From Raillietiella orientalis (lineage: Eukaryota): 64,000 bases of DNA. The position numbers and the translations under genes are program-made. Below the pieces are notes generated by a model. The model ran no database searches. It saw nothing but the letters and a program-made list of their open reading frames with translations, and was not told the origin of the DNA. Of this stretch, positions 1-14,400 are shown one piece after another. The DNA is taken from positions 1,798,001-1,862,000 of the forward strand of contig JAYWIR010000007.1 in the NCBI GenBank assembly GCA_036172245.1. The letters run 5' to 3'. The stretch's first letter is position 1; every line of letters begins with the position of its first letter.

Positions 1-1664
1 CGAGAAACACAAAAGATGTTTCCGAGATCTTTTTTTGAATGCGAACGTCGGAACTTTCGCTTCCTCGCTCCTTCTCCGTTGCAAAGCTTTTTATCCTCCG
101 CGATGAAGGTGTCCCATTCCTCGACGGGAGAAAGGCTGCCGCGTTTGCTGGCTTCGAACCGCGACCAGGAGGAACGGGGCTGCGTCCCGAGCCTTCTCGA
201 CTTCTCGAAGGGAACCGAATTCCCCTCGATCCACTTCCGCAGAGACGGTTGCCAACCAGAGCCAGCCATCCGACGTGGACCAAACGCAAGCGAACGAGCG
301 GGAAGGAGGGGGATCCTCGGAACGGTCGACCTCAGTCGAGGGGGGAGGGAAGAGGGTGGCGACGGAGATGCGCTGCCACTACCGAGTCCCTTGTCGCTGT
401 CGCTGGTGCTCTCGAGGACCCCGTCCAAGAGGAAGGAGAAGACCCGCGGCGAATTTGGTGGTTTCTCTGTGTGCGCGAGGGTCATCTGCCCCTCGCGACA
501 AGCAGCCGTCCGTGACTCGCCAGGACCGATGAGCTAGCGAATAGGAGCAGGAAGAATGGTGGCGTCGCTTTCGGCCATGTGCGAACGCGTGTTCGTGTTC
601 TTGGTCTCCACCTCTGCCGAAGGAACACGATCTCTTTCCCACCCGCTCTCCCGCCTGCAGGAAGCAACCCTGCCGGGGAAACCGCGCTGCCGCGGCGGCT
701 GACAAGCACGTGGAGCAACCTCCACGTCCGCAGGCCGTCGCGGCTTCTTTCGGACGAGGAGGAGGAGAGGTGGGCAGCAGACGTGAAAACGGGGGAGGGG
801 GCGCACAGAGGTGTGCGTCTCGTGGACGGGAGGGATGGGCGGGGGGCCTCGTGAGGAGGGAAGGACCCCTCTCGGAGTACCAGTCTGGGAGTTTGCGCTG
901 GAAAAGCAGGGGCCAAGATCCGCGGCGCCGCTGCTGCGACTGCAAGGGCGCGAGCGGCCGGTCAGCTCCGTAGCGCTCCGCCACGCACGTTCCTCGGAGC
1001 TTCCGGTTGGAATGCCGGCTGGAACGAAGAAAAGGAAGAGTTCGTCCTAGGGAAGGCTGGCGACTATCGATCGCGATGCGCGTGAGATGACGCGCGCATT
1101 TCGGATTTGAAAAGGGGAGGAGGGCGTACCAACCATGATGCCGCCGTCCGCATCACACGGTTCGGAAGCGAGAGAGAGGGCAGAGAGATATACTTTTGTA
1201 CAGAGATCCTTTTTCCGTACAGTGCGAGGATCGCATCCGTACACTCGTCCGAAAGGCCGCGTTCGCGATGTGGGAGTTCCGGACGGGCGAAAGCTTCGCC
1301 TTCACCCCAAGGGGGTGCGCGGAGGAATCGAGGATTCTCCGCGTAGGAGCAGGCACGGCTTCTCAAGGCAGGTCATTCGTGCCCCGAGGCGCGATCCACA
1401 GCATCCTGTGTCGCGTTCCTTCACCCTCCCTCGAAGGCGCCGGTACCACGACCAGCGTGGCATGCAGCATGGCTCCACCGCGTGGCAACTGGTTCCTTCG
1501 CACTCCGAACCAAGGCACTGTTGGACACGAAACCAGGCTTTTCCTGCGATCCCGTCCGGGTGTTCGGGAGCGGGCAGAGGCGGGGGATTGTTCAAGCGAA
1601 CGTTGAATTCTTTGGCTCTTCTGGAACAGATTTTCCTCTTCTTCACCACCACCATGCCTTTCCA

Positions 1665-1692
<28 letters not shown>
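1665..1692. repeat. (GT)n microsatellite
   Basis: Read directly from the sequence. Confidence 0.95.
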
Positions 1693-1697
<5 letters not shown>

Positions 1698-4600
1698 GTT
1701 TTTTTAGGGAGGGCGGCGGGAATGGGGGAAAGGGATTGCGCCCTGCTCCCAGGAGACGAAAAAAGGTCCTGCTCCAGAAAGCAATTCTTGTCGCAGCACG
1801 CCTGCGGCGACATCGCACTCTGCAGAGGACGTGTTCTCTGGCGTTCTCCGAGTGGTTCAGTCCTTAGACGAGGGAAGACGCCCCGTCCGAACGCGAAAGG
1901 AATGGCCGGTTTCTTGCCCTTTCTCTCCTCCTCCTCCTCCTCGCTGCCGGCACGGAAGGACGGGCTCCCGAGGCACTCGCTCCTTCGGTTGCAGCTGGCC
2001 TCGCCCAAGATCCCCTGCCGGACTCCCTTCCTTGCCTGGTTCGCTTCACTAGAGGATCGGCCGTGGGAAGGGGGAAGGGGGTTCCCAGTGATCTTTCGAG
2101 GAGCGGCGAATGCTGCTGCCGTCTTCCACGTTCCCTCTGAGGAAGGCAGCTCACGGGCAGTCCAGTTCCCCGGTTCGCATGGTGGCGGCGCTCTGCGGCG
2201 GATGTGCGGGGGGCGGCGCGTGACCTCGCCGAAGGCAGGGGATTTGTTCCGTCGGAAAGCCACGGTGGAGGCCGCCCGCGGGTCCCGATGGTGTGTAGAT
2301 GGAGCCCCCCCTCTCCCCCGCTCGTGACTCCCGCCGATCGAAGCGCTCCGCAGGAAGAGAAACGGAGAATTCGTTCCCGGCGGAACCGTTCCTTCCGTTG
2401 TTATTTGCGCTAGTGAAGAGGAAGTCAAGGAGAACCCGCTGTTCTCGTTGCGTGGCTTCCGGCGCTTAGGCCAACGAAAGCCACTCCGAATATCCAGAGC
2501 GTGAAGGCATTTTGGGCGACTAAGGGTGGGGGGGGAGGGACAACAGATGACCTGTCTTCGAAGAAGATCGCCGTATTGCCGAGTAAGAACGTTCACGATA
2601 AATTCGGTCCGCTTCTCCGCATGCGTGTGTGACGAGCACTCCTCGCAACAGTAGCTCGGGGATGGAGATCTTTTCAGGAGAGGAATGAAAACACATTCGA
2701 TCTTTGGGGGAGCAACGGCGATTTGCTGAGAGGGAAAAGATGCGGCGGCTCAAAGATGCGCTTCCTCGTTCGGGTGACGTAAGAGTGGCAAGCGCGTTTG
2801 GAGCGAGGGGAGCACGTGACCCGAGCTGTGCAGTCGAGTCATCCGCAAGCCTCTCGAAAACGCTGTCCGTCTTCTGCCTGCACCCAGGGCCTTGCAGTTC
2901 ATCGTCAGCAGAGGTGGGGGGGCGTCCTGCCCTGCAAGGCGTGGCTTGCAACCCTAGGGACAGGTGTGGCCAGCTCCTACTCGTAGCTCTCGGCATCGCA
3001 ATTTTTCTGGCCTTCAAGCGCGGTCAGCCAGACTTCCAGTTTTCCAAGAGATATCTGCAGAACGCATTATCGATTCCAGCAGTGGCTGTTGACGAAACGA
3101 ATAATCACGGTCGCTGTTGCAATCATTTAGGCAGTTGGCCACTCTGTATGCAAATGGAAATGCCTAGCGAGACAAGAACACACACACACACACACACAAA
3201 AAGGAATGCGAGCGGAAGCCAGTAAAAAATTCGCCTTCGTTTAGCATTTCGGCAGTGGAGCCGTTGGTTAGTTCCAACCACTCTGCCTATTTTCTTTAGA
3301 AGGACTTGCCGAATCGCTTTTGTTTTTCTTTTGCTGCGCCCAAATAAACAAGGCTCATGAGGTGGCTGCCGGCTTGATGGTCTCAATCCATCAGCCGCCA
3401 TTACCGCCAGCTCCTCTCTTCCAGAGCCTTAATCCTGACATCCGAAACTGTATATCTTTTTTTGCAATTTGAGAGCCGGCGATGCCGATTTCCGAAAGGC
3501 ATCTCCCATCTAGTATTAATCTTATTGACACGGTCCGGTGGAACTTGGAATTTTTTCTTTTTTTTTTCTTGTTTTCGATTTTAGACGACGGCGTTTAGAG
3601 GCAGACTCTCCCTGTTTTCCCTTTAGAGAGTGAAGAGATGGAAATCGGGGCTCTCTAATGTGAGTTTAGGAAAAAGCTGCACGCGCGCCACCTAGGTCAG
3701 GCATTTCGAGTTTTGCCCAGTAGCGAGTAGGGAGACACCCACCCATCGGCACACCTACGTTGCGTGGACGTGCCCCAGAGCATGCACTCTCCTCTTTACA
3801 AGTTGACGGGACATGCGCTCCGCTCGAAACGGCGGTTCCTCCGCCCCTCTGTCATCCAGAGCGAAAGGTCACACGCACCTGGAACGGAACGGCTTTTCCC
3901 GAAAATTCCTCGATTCCTGTCGCGAGTTCCACGGTTCCCGAGCTCATCACCATGATGGTTGTGATTACGACCGGAACAATTACACCTGTGTGCCCTGTGG
4001 GGTTTTGGTAATCATGTAAAACAAACAAGCAAGAGGAGTAGTCGGAAGAAATGAATGGCTCGGACTGACATGACGAACAGCGTAAAAGGATGTTCGTAAG
4101 CAAAACGCCCGAATCATGGAGATGCAGGATTTGGGCATTTCTTTGTTTGAAAATAGAAGGGAATTCTGGGAAGGAACCGAATGACCGGCGAAAGTTCAAA
4201 GGAGGATAAGAGTGTAGGGAAACGAACTACCAGAAGCGAGTTTGAGCGGAAAACACTCAACGCCCTCTGGAAAGGCGTTTCCTCTCCTTGAAGGAGGAGA
4301 GCAGGCTGTCTGCGCGAACGACGTCAAGCAATGCCCGCCATTTCTTCGCACCCACGGGAGCATCCCCTTTTTCGTTCCTTCCTCGTACTCTTTTTTTTCT
4401 TTCTTTCCTACGCAGCCTTCACCCTGATTATCAGCGGGGCTTTGTTCGGCGATTTCCCTTTGCCCTGGCATTCTTCGGCTCTCACACCCTCGCAAAGTTT
4501 CCTCACGGACGCTCTTAGTCCATCATCGCTTCGATGACATGGGAGAGAAATTCCGGCCGGATCGGGCGAGACGTTCTTGGGACGACGGTTTTCCTGGATG

Positions 4601-7168
4601 CTCCTCGATTCCCGAATCGGACGTGGCTAAACGCGGACCCGTCTGCCTCATCACGCCTCGAAAGCACACTTTTCCCGAGACCGTTGAAGCAGATCTTGAG
4701 ATCCATGCACACGCAGCATCCGCTGGGTAACAACTGCTGCAAGACATCGGAATCCAATCTTCCTTGCTTGCACCGCAAAGCACGAGGTGCTTCGTGCCTC
4801 GTCGGGAGACAAGACGCTCTCGCGTACACTAAACTCGAACGTTAGTGAGACTGGCACCCCTTCTTTGCACCTTCAGCCACTTCGGCTCCTTCGGTTCATT
4901 CCCGGGCGTTTATCCACGCTGGATGGAAAGAAAAGGCAACTTGGCGAGATCCGCGGGTTCCAGTTGGGACATTCGAGAAAGTTGCTGCCGGAATCAAGGC
5001 AGACATACCGACTGAACACGGAGTGTGGAGGCTTCAGTGTCTCACGTATTGCTCAAGCAACGAATGATTTTCATGAGATCACCGTGGCTTGCAGCTGCCT
5101 CTGACGCATCAGCGCCTCCATTTCCTTTTTCTTCTGCGCCTACTCGTAATTATCCTCTTGCAGTCGACGTTCGTGTTTTATGGAGACGGGCGATCGGACA
5201 CAGCATGCTTGCTGTGGGCGGTGTCATAGGGGACCGAGGTGGGACGAGCTGCCTTGCAGCAGACAACGCGAGGCCCTTTCTCTTCTCCCGAAAAAGACTC
5301 AAGGAACAGGCGTGTCGGCGGGAATAGCCCTTGACGTGGTTACTCTCCCACCTGCTTTCTGCGAGCTCTGGCAGAGTGGATCGATCCGGAACAGTCTCCG
5401 CTATCATCTTCGGAGTGTGCAGGTCCCTGCGAGGAAAAGCCGACAGGATTGGCGAATCGCAGACTCCTTCGTCCTTGTGATGGCGCAGCGTTTCTGACCA
5501 GAGAGATTCGGTCACGTTGGTTTCGTTTCGTGCCCTGCAGTCAATGCAGCCTCGAGAGGACTGGAGGCCCCTAGAACCTTCCCGAGTCTGCACGAAGAGT
5601 GCGTTTAGGCCGACTTCCGCCGGACGCGATGGTTACGAAGACCACTCTATCTTGACTTCTCATAATTCACCTGAGCTGGGGATTGCGTTTAGCGAATTGT
5701 CCTGAGTGGATGCATGGAGCTGAGGGAGCGCAGACACTCCTGCTGGCCCTCAGCTTCTGCTTCCAAGCAATGATTTGCTGACCATCCTAGCAAACATGAG
5801 TCACTTCCTCCAAGTCCTCTCTGGCCGCCTGAGCAGGCTACCGAATACTTCGAGAGGGGGAACTGCCGCAGCTGCATGTCCTGAGGAGTGTCCCAGTTCC
5901 CGGAAGTGAGGCGCCTGGAATCTGCAGCCCGAGACTTGCTCAAGTGAATTCTTATGCAACACTCTTGTTAGATCCTTAATAGCGAACACGCTCGCGCAAC
6001 GTCCTCCTCCCGGAACGTGCAGTCCCACTTTCATTCCTCATCCTGGATGAGTGACTTGCTTTCCATTGGCTACTTTGAGGAACCTCTCTATTTGACTTGG
6101 TTTTCCCCTTCCTCTCCTAGTTTATTCGTTTCGTCTCTGCCATAAGGTGTGATGCGCAAATTTCATTACCATCCCGCTATCATGCCTTGAGGGTTTCTGC
6201 CTTTGGTTCCTGGAGTGGGTGCCGTCGAACCGTTTGGTCGAACTGCCTTCAGCACCCCATAAAACCTACCCATATCGGCGAAATCCGAAGAACCTCTTCG
6301 GCTCTCGAGAGGAAACCTAATTACGTTCGAATTCATTATTCACTCTTATTTTATTTGGCTGCTCATTACGACCTTTATGCAGTCTGAAAGACTCCAGCAC
6401 ACTCTTAATTCTGAATGGGCTAATTTGCTGGATCCAGTCTGTGGAGCCTTCTTTTGATGTCTGCTAAGCATCGTTCCCCTGTATGTGTAATTGGGAGAAA
6501 TGAGGATGCGGAAAACATGTGAATTTCTTCTTCGTGAGAATGTGGGGGCTTTAATCTAGATGTGAATTGGAGATGGGTACTCTCCTCCCTCCCCCCCCCC
6601 GCCAAGCCCTTGACTAATGCATGAGGTCCATGGTTCCGCCGGATCTGTGTGAGGCCTTGCCATTTTGTGTGACCTACTGCCACACTTTTCCGTGATCTCC
6701 AAGGGACGTTTCCCGATAGCTTTTTGAAACATTTGATGATGCCAATTACGTCTGAATCTTGATTCAGTCGCTGTTTGCTCTCCTTATTAGCGCGAAGAGA
6801 GTTTTACGGCATTCGACCAGCGCAGGAACGGCAATTGATCAGTTTCCTCGAATGCAAACACAATATTTAATCAGTGTTTTGTTTGATTGGATGAACATGG
6901 AGACGCTGCTCCTCCGGAGAAAGCTGATATTCTCATGGTGTTTTACGATGATCATGAAAAAATAATATGGCCGAGTTATCTGAAAAGAAATGAGATTAAT
7001 GTGCTTCTTATTTCAGGAAATAGTTCGTTGGAATTGACTGAAGCAATGTGGCAGCAAAAAAAAAAAAAAAAAAAGAAAGAAAGAAAGAGAGAAAAGGAAA
7101 AAATGATTAAGTTTCGTGTTTGGGTCGATTTTGATCGTAATGAGAATACAGAAATTAATGTTTGCGTG

Positions 7169-7223
7169 TGCATGCATGCATGCATGCATGCATGCATGTG
7201 TGTGTGTGTGTGTGTGTGTGTGT
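7169..7223. repeat. Compound microsatellite (TGCA)n + (TG)n
   Basis: Read directly from the sequence. Confidence 0.95.
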
Positions 7224-7409
7224 ATTACCTGAGAAACTCGTCGGGTGAACGGCACATACGAATGGTAACTCAATAAGTTCTCTCTGTGAAAGACAGAGGA
7301 GGCAGCCTGAGATGAATTTCCACATGTGAGAGCTTCTAATCAATACGCTTTACCGGATTGAGATTATTTATTGCCTACTGAAACGGTGGCAGGAAACGAA
7401 TTGCCAATC

Positions 7410-7870
7410 AGGAACGCTGCAGAGCTGCAAGCAACCGTTCCTGTGGCCGGGGTCATGCCGCCCGTGCTCCCAGGGTGGCCGTGCGCAGGTCCCACCCACC
7501 TGGTGGGCATCTGCGTGCACGCTTTGCATGACCTGGGAAGACTCCCCGAGACCCCTAGGGTCGGCCCGCCATCGCAAGGTTTGTGCCGATCTCGCTTGGC
7601 CACCCGCCGCTCTCCATCGAGTTCCGCTCCCTACTTATTCTTGCCAACGATTTCCAGGAGTTCTGCATATTACTTGGCAGATAAACCCCGGGAAAGAATC
7701 TCCCATTCAAGCTGGATACACAGGGCCCTCATGGGCGTTCGTGCCAAATCTGTATGGATGTGTAAGAGCGCTCCGATTCAGTACAAATCCATCTATCATT
7801 TTGCAAATTCCCGAAAGTGTTCCTCTGTGCTAATTTACCACGAACGCTATCTCAGCTCCTTGGGTATAAA
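7410..7870 (+). mobile_element. Highly decayed LTR-retrotransposon (Gypsy-like) integrase relic
   Basis: Motifs spread across frames: TLQSCKQPFLWPG..CTLC; F..LGHPPLSI..ILANDFQEFCILLG...PF..TQG. Confidence 0.4.
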
Positions 7871-10800
7871 TGGAGGAATGACAGGCAGATGGGAGATGTG
7901 TGCATATCTTTCTTCCCGTTCGGTCCAAAGGGGCCCCGCCCAATCTTTTCTTCCGACCATTAAATTCCAAATCATGTAAATGCATTCAGGTGATGTGCAA
8001 CATAGCAGGTGGCGTGCGTGTGCATCAGTTTTACACAGATGTGTGTGTGTATATATATATATATATATGTTTGCCTCTGAGAGTCACTTTTTGTAATTGA
8101 ATTCCATCTTAAAGGCCCAAACGTGAAAGTTGAATTCTCGGTCCATGCACGCTCCAGACAGTCAATTTTACTTAAGGCCAATAATTGGGGTCTCTTACAT
8201 CTTCATCCGCGACATCCCGGGATTGGCCAGTGGAGAAATTCCTGTACGAAGGGGAGGGAGAGAGGGGGGGGGGACAAAAGCACGGGGTTTTCATCTATAC
8301 TATGGCCTAACGAAACGCTTAAAATTTTCATACCCGGGACGCGGGTCCGTTCCGAAAACATAAAGATTTACGATCACCGCGTTTCTATTTTTCCTTCGGT
8401 GGGAATAGCAATAGAATTGCTTTTCCATGTAGCGACCGCCGTATTTCCGAGAAAGCTGATGTCTCCAGGCTACGGAGATGCTTGCCTGCTGCAGTCATTT
8501 TCTTTCCGCGCTGCTGCCATCTCAGTTATCAGATTTTTGATGGGAAAGGATTCTTCGCGGAAGGTCCTCCCTCCTCCCGAACGCTTGCTCCGAGGAAGGG
8601 ATTCGTTTGTGAAAGCGAAAATGCCTTATTCGCACTTTTGATCTATTTCGAAATTTTCCACTTTGCTGGGGCTTTCAAAAATCCATGGAATCCAGGAACA
8701 TCCTCAAGGAAATGGCAAGAGGAACACGCGTAAACCTCGGTACCCTTGGCTTCATCCCTTTTCGAAATCCTTTTTGCTGCTTTTCATTCAGGAAGGGAGG
8801 GAGGGGGTGTTTTCCAAAAGCTCCGTTCGCCGAAGTTGGGAGAAGCGCGTGCAAAGCGTCAAGAAAGGATGGGTTATACCGTCGACACGAACGCTACCAC
8901 TTTGCGGGGGGGTGGGGGTTGGGGGGAAAGGGCGATCTCCCGAGGGCTCTTGGAATCGTCACCGATGGGTGCTCGGGGGAAAGGTGGTTTCTCTGCGCGT
9001 TCTTCTCAGTGCTCACTGCGTGCCTGAGGGCACGCAGGCGCGGCTCCCTCCCAAATGCAACGACGAAGCCCAACTACGAAAGACCGGAATTGTGTTTTCA
9101 TCTGCGAAAAAATCACTTTCGTTTTCTTCCGTGCAGCACAGAACGGAAGAGACGGAAAGGCACCGATACTCGGCCTTCGGAGGGTGGCAGCAGCACACCT
9201 TCAAGAAAAAAAAAAGAAAAAAAAAGGAAAAAATCCGAGTGTCCCTCCCTCCCTCCCCCTTCCCCAGTAGGAAAAGAAAAAGACTGACGGAGGAGAAAAC
9301 GAAGCATCCTGGACGAATCGTAGCGTGGATACCGTGATTTGCGAAGCGTTGGTAGACAGCGTTCCGTTTGGTTGTCAGATGGATTCCAGGAATTTTCATT
9401 ATTTAAACACTGACAAACGCACAGTAACGGGTATGAAGTGGAATTGGCAGGATGCACAGGAAGGCTCCATCCTCACCGAAGCAATAAACATCTCTGGGAT
9501 CATTACTGCTTTGGTGAGGAGGAGGATCGGAAAAGGAAGTGCGAGCGAGGCCTAAGAATACTCCTGCAATTCCCCCTCCCGGCGACGTCGACCTCCCCCT
9601 CGCCGAGTGGGACGGAGGCGCGGGAGTTCATCCGACACGATCACCGCCATCCCTGTGCTTCTCGGCACTGTACCGTGGATCCTCCTCCGGGTCCTCCCCA
9701 CCGAAGCACACGGCCTCCGTGATTCGGTGCCAGATTTCGGCACCGGAGCTTCGCTCGGCGCGTCGGTTCTCCGGCGAACCGGTTGAGCCTCCATCTTCGG
9801 AATACCTCCCATCCGCCCAGCCGAGCTCCAGCGGCACGGATGAGCATCTCCGGGTGCCCGTCTACCGCCGCTGCCGCCTTTCGCTTTTGGTTTGCCGCGT
9901 CGCAAAGAGTGTGCGCTCTGTGATCCGCTTCGCAGTTCCCCGAGACCGTGCTGTTTATTTCTGCGGAGGCAGGGCGGCATCGCCAGCATCCCTGATCTTC
10001 GCTGAACGGAAGGCTCCGCGTGCTGTCCGGAACAGCTTCGGATCGTCGCTCCTTCGTGATAAAGCCACCGGAAACGTTTGGAACGTAATCCTTTTTCTTT
10101 TTCATGAGGGAACACATGGAGACGTGTAAAAATAAACATTCGGCTGGTATTCTGAGCTCGGGGCCCCCAAAGGCAAGAGCTTGCAGCCTTAGGAAGAAGC
10201 GTCCTGGCAAAAATAATCCAACCCGTTTTTTCCTCCCCCCCCCTTTCCCCCCTCTTTTTTTTTTTTTTTTTTTTCTCTCTTTTCTCACGCCGAGACACTC
10301 GAATTTTCGAAAAAAAAAAAATTCGGCGAGGATCGATGTGTCCGGGGGTGGGGTGGGGGGACGCGACGTGGGTCGAAGTCTGCCGCTTCGGACAGTCAAG
10401 TGGCTTGCCAAGCATCCACGCGATTCGCAGCCCCCATCCAGGAAACTCCCGTGCCGAGGAGCAGACTGGTGAATGCCTGAAGGTCGACACGCCTGTGCAA
10501 CATGAGGGATCGGTGCCTGGAGGAGCAATCGGAACCCACTTTCCGTAAAGTGAACGGCAAGGCGCATGGCCCTTGGAAAACAAAGAGCAAAGCACGTGGC
10601 GACCTGGGGTCGGCGGCGACTCCCGGATCCCAAGATCCGAAGCGGAGGAGGATCCCGCCAGACCGGGATGCTGCACTTCTTTCTTTCGGAAATGCCCTTG
10701 CAACAGCGCTCATCCTCGTCCGCTCTCGCTCCTTTCCTGCTTCGGTGTTGGGAATCTCGCGCTGCCCTCGGTTCCTCGGTCGCAACGGGGAATTTCCTCC

Positions 10801-11454
10801 GCCCTGGAGCACGTCGCGAAGCATTCGGTGTCTTCTTAATTAAGCTCCGCTGCCTCCAACGCGAAGGCTTGGAAAATTCAGCAGCCGTTCGACCCCCACC
10901 TCAACGTTCGCACATGCGCGCGAGTGTTGTTGAAAGTCCGACGCACGCGAGGACGCTGCGTATCTACTTGAGAGGGTTGGCCCTTGCGGAGGACCGGGAA
11001 CCGTGGGCTCAGCAGGGAACGAAAGAACAGGAAGATTCGAGAATGGCAATCGCAGCCGAGGTCGCGTGCAGAAGGGAGGAGAGTGCGGGCATGTGCCTGC
11101 AATCCCCTCTTGTGGGCTTCGTCTTTCGGCAGGATTCGGCCACGAAGACGACCCCCCTCACACCCGCCTGGGTGGCGAGGAGAAGGGAGAGGAAACGTAG
11201 GTCCTTCCGTTCTTGAAAGCGCGGGGAAACGTTCGAATCCTCGAACACGGGGGGTGAGGAGAGCCTGGCGGGTTTTCCTTTTTGCGACCCGGGAAGGAAG
11301 GGTGTCCCTCCCACGCAAAAATGGAGAACTTGCCTCGGCGAACGGACCCATCACTCTTGTGGAAGGAGTTGGGTGGGAGAGCTGCTGCAGGGCGGGCTGG
11401 AGTGTCCGTTGGAAACTTTGCTTCCGGTGAGAAACGCCCCTCTGCGCACATATC

Positions 11455-11487
<33 letters not shown>

Positions 11488-14400
11488 CCCCCTTCCCGCG
11501 CCCGCGGAACGAAACCGAGGCGAAAATGGGACGAGCGAGACTTTCCTCCCCTGAGCGTCGGAAGCGGAAGGCCGCCGGGGTCCCCGGAAAGATCACGCGC
11601 TCCCCCTTCGAGAAGCAGTCGCGACCAAGTCAGGTCGGTCGCTCGCTTCATCCCCGGTGATGACGCCGGATACCCGGGATCGATCGCAGCATCTTGGGCG
11701 TGTTGCGATTTCCGCTGCTGCTGTTTGCTCGCCGAGTAACCGAAGTCGCTGCGGGCGAAGGTTCGGCGGCGGACGAGGAAGGTCCGTCCTCCGTGCGGGC
11801 GAAACGCTCCCTCAAGACCTCTTTCACTTTCGGGGCGGTCGGACCGCTTCTGCTTGGCGGGAATCACTTCCTCCATCCCGGCCGGCACGCTGCTGGTGCC
11901 GCCGAACTGCAGGTTCGGGAGAGGACAGTCGATTCCCCCCCCCCCCCCTCTTCGCCTCTTTTTTGTTTTTCTTCCAGGAAAAAGTTCGTCTGGAAGCACG
12001 CGATTACGGGAGTTGGCTGGAGGATCAGATTATCGCGTGCTCGGTCGAACGGCTGGCGAAAAGCGCAAGCAGGCAAGCCGGAGAGGGGGGGAGGGGGGAA
12101 AGGGGAGGAAAGGGCGCGGAGGAGCAGCCAGCGGGATTCAGCAAGATCTGGAGGAGGAGGAACGCATCCGGGTTTTTATCGCTTTCCTTTTAACTTTCCC
12201 TTCGGCGCGGCGCGCACTCGGGAGATGGGCGCGCTCGCCGGCCATATCTCGGTGTCCGGTTCCTCTTGTTCAATTTCTCGTGTTTTCGTCCGCAGCCTCC
12301 CCGTGAGATGGTATCTCGAAAGTGGGGTAGGTTTCACCCTGTTTGCCTTTGCTTATTATCGTCATTCATACTCTTCATCTTGTTTGCTTACGCTAAATGC
12401 AATTGTATTTAGCGTAAGCATCCGAAAAAGAGATAACTGGAGATCTGCGGAAGCATTAGCGACTCGGAACGCTCCCCGTAAAAATTGAGCGGTGCTCTTC
12501 TAATGTAATGAAAGAGGACCGTTGCGGAGCAATCGAAATTCGATTAATTCCTCAGGACGGAAAGAACGGATGAATTAAAATAAACGCATCCCGGGATGGA
12601 GAGCAGCGGATCGCTGCAGCAACTTTGGTCCGATGCGCCGTTGCCGTAGCAGCGAAATGCGGTTTTCGGATTATGGGTTGCGTATATCTTCGCGAGCGGC
12701 GCACAGAGGCGGAGTGGGGGATGGGGGAGGGGGGAAGGGAATTTCAGGATGCGCTTTCAGAGATGGAAATGGATGAATTCATCACCCCGAGCGTGTCATA
12801 AAGTCGTTCGCTGCCTTTTCGGGAGCCGTGAAAGCTGATATTTATCAAGCACGCGTTAAGCGCTCATTTAGAAAAATAAACATCGAGCAAGCCCAAAGCA
12901 ACCGTCCCCGGAAAAGTTTGGAGCTTTCGGTCAGCGGCCCCACACACACACCCGAGGGTGTTCCTGCCCGAGGTGTCGCTCGCGAAAGCGCGCTTGGGGA
13001 CGGATTCGACCAGGAAGACGCGCGAGCCGCCGCAGCTGCTGCGTGCGACCTGGTCAGTCCCGCTCGGGGATCGAGCGCGCGCGCCGTCCTTTGCGTGCGA
13101 GGTCAAGACGAGGTTTGCCCTCGTCTCCGGTGATGCCCCGCGTGCTGCGTCAGCTGCGTTTCCCCAACTTTTCCTGCGACGCGTGCTGGCAACCCTGGGC
13201 TGCGCGACCACACTTCCACTGCGACACCACGGTGGTTCGCGGGAGAGCCGAATTCGGGGTTCCGCTTCCGGCTTCGGTCGGTGCCCGCGCTTCCGTCGCG
13301 GTCCACTCGCGCTGGACGGTGGCCACCGGAGGCCGGCCGAGTCCCTGCTTCGCGCGCAGACTCGCTGCCTCCCGGCTAGAGGAATGCGTGAAAAAGTCAA
13401 AAAGCAGGAAATATTCCTTTTCCCAGCCTTCCTTTGCGTGTGTGTGTGTTTGCTCTTTCCTTCCTTTCTTTTCTTTTCTTTTTGCTGCTGCAGGCAGTGA
13501 CGTGAAGGGGTCACCATACTTCTTCCGCCGGCTTCTCTCCGAAGCGTCGCTTTAATTGTTTCCTTATCATTTAATAAATTGCAGTTTCGTTTCGTTTCGG
13601 GAGGGATTTCCATGGGAGTTTCGGGACGCTGGGACGTTCGGGATAATCCGCGAGTGCGAGCGTTCGTTTGCAGCTTCCGTTTCCTTTATCGGAAGAAAAT
13701 TACTGCGGAGTGCTATGGTGACAACTTTCGAAGCACTCGAAACTGCGAGCGATTTATTTCAAAGTCTGGTCTCGTGCCTGTAGGGACGGCGACCTGGAAC
13801 CTGGAAAGTTTAGCAGGAAGGAAAGGAAGCAACGGGCTTCCCGAATTTGGATTTTTCTTTCTTTCTTTCTTTCTGCCTCTTTAAAAAAGTACAACAAAAA
13901 AAAAAAAAAAAAAAAAAGTTCGGTAATGAAATTGATTTTGGAAAAATAAGAAAAGTAATCGAAAGGCAAAAAACTTGGCGTCCCTCCCCCTTCCCGCCCC
14001 CCCCCCCCTTCATCGGAATGGAAAGAGACACCGGGCAGGGCGGCGGTGGTGGGTGACCCCTGGATAAGTGAAAACGAAAGCGTCAGGCCGACGTAGACGA
14101 CTTGATTGATGGCGGTCGCTGGAGGCCGTTCGAAAAAGTGACCAGTTGGGAAGGACGAAGTGACGGTCCCAAATGGAAAATCAATTACGGGGGATCGATA
14201 CGAAGCGGAATGACCCTTCCACGACCACTTTCAAAATGTGGGCTTCGCGGTGCTCCAAGAACGAGCGGACTGACGCTCTTTCGCTCCACGCGACTGCCAG
14301 GCCAGGGAAGGACTTCGAGCACGTGATTGGGAAGAGGCTCCTCCGGAGGAGAGAGCGTGATTGATGATCCCGCATTGTTGCCGGTCTGTTCCTGTGGGAG

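Noticed and set aside
5300..6050. Possible RLE-retrotransposon CCHC relics
   Set aside because: The motifs are too degenerate to support a call.
6400..6600. Possible Tc1/mariner catalytic-domain relic (-)
   Set aside because: The resemblance needs several frameshifts and substitutions, and no TIRs are visible.
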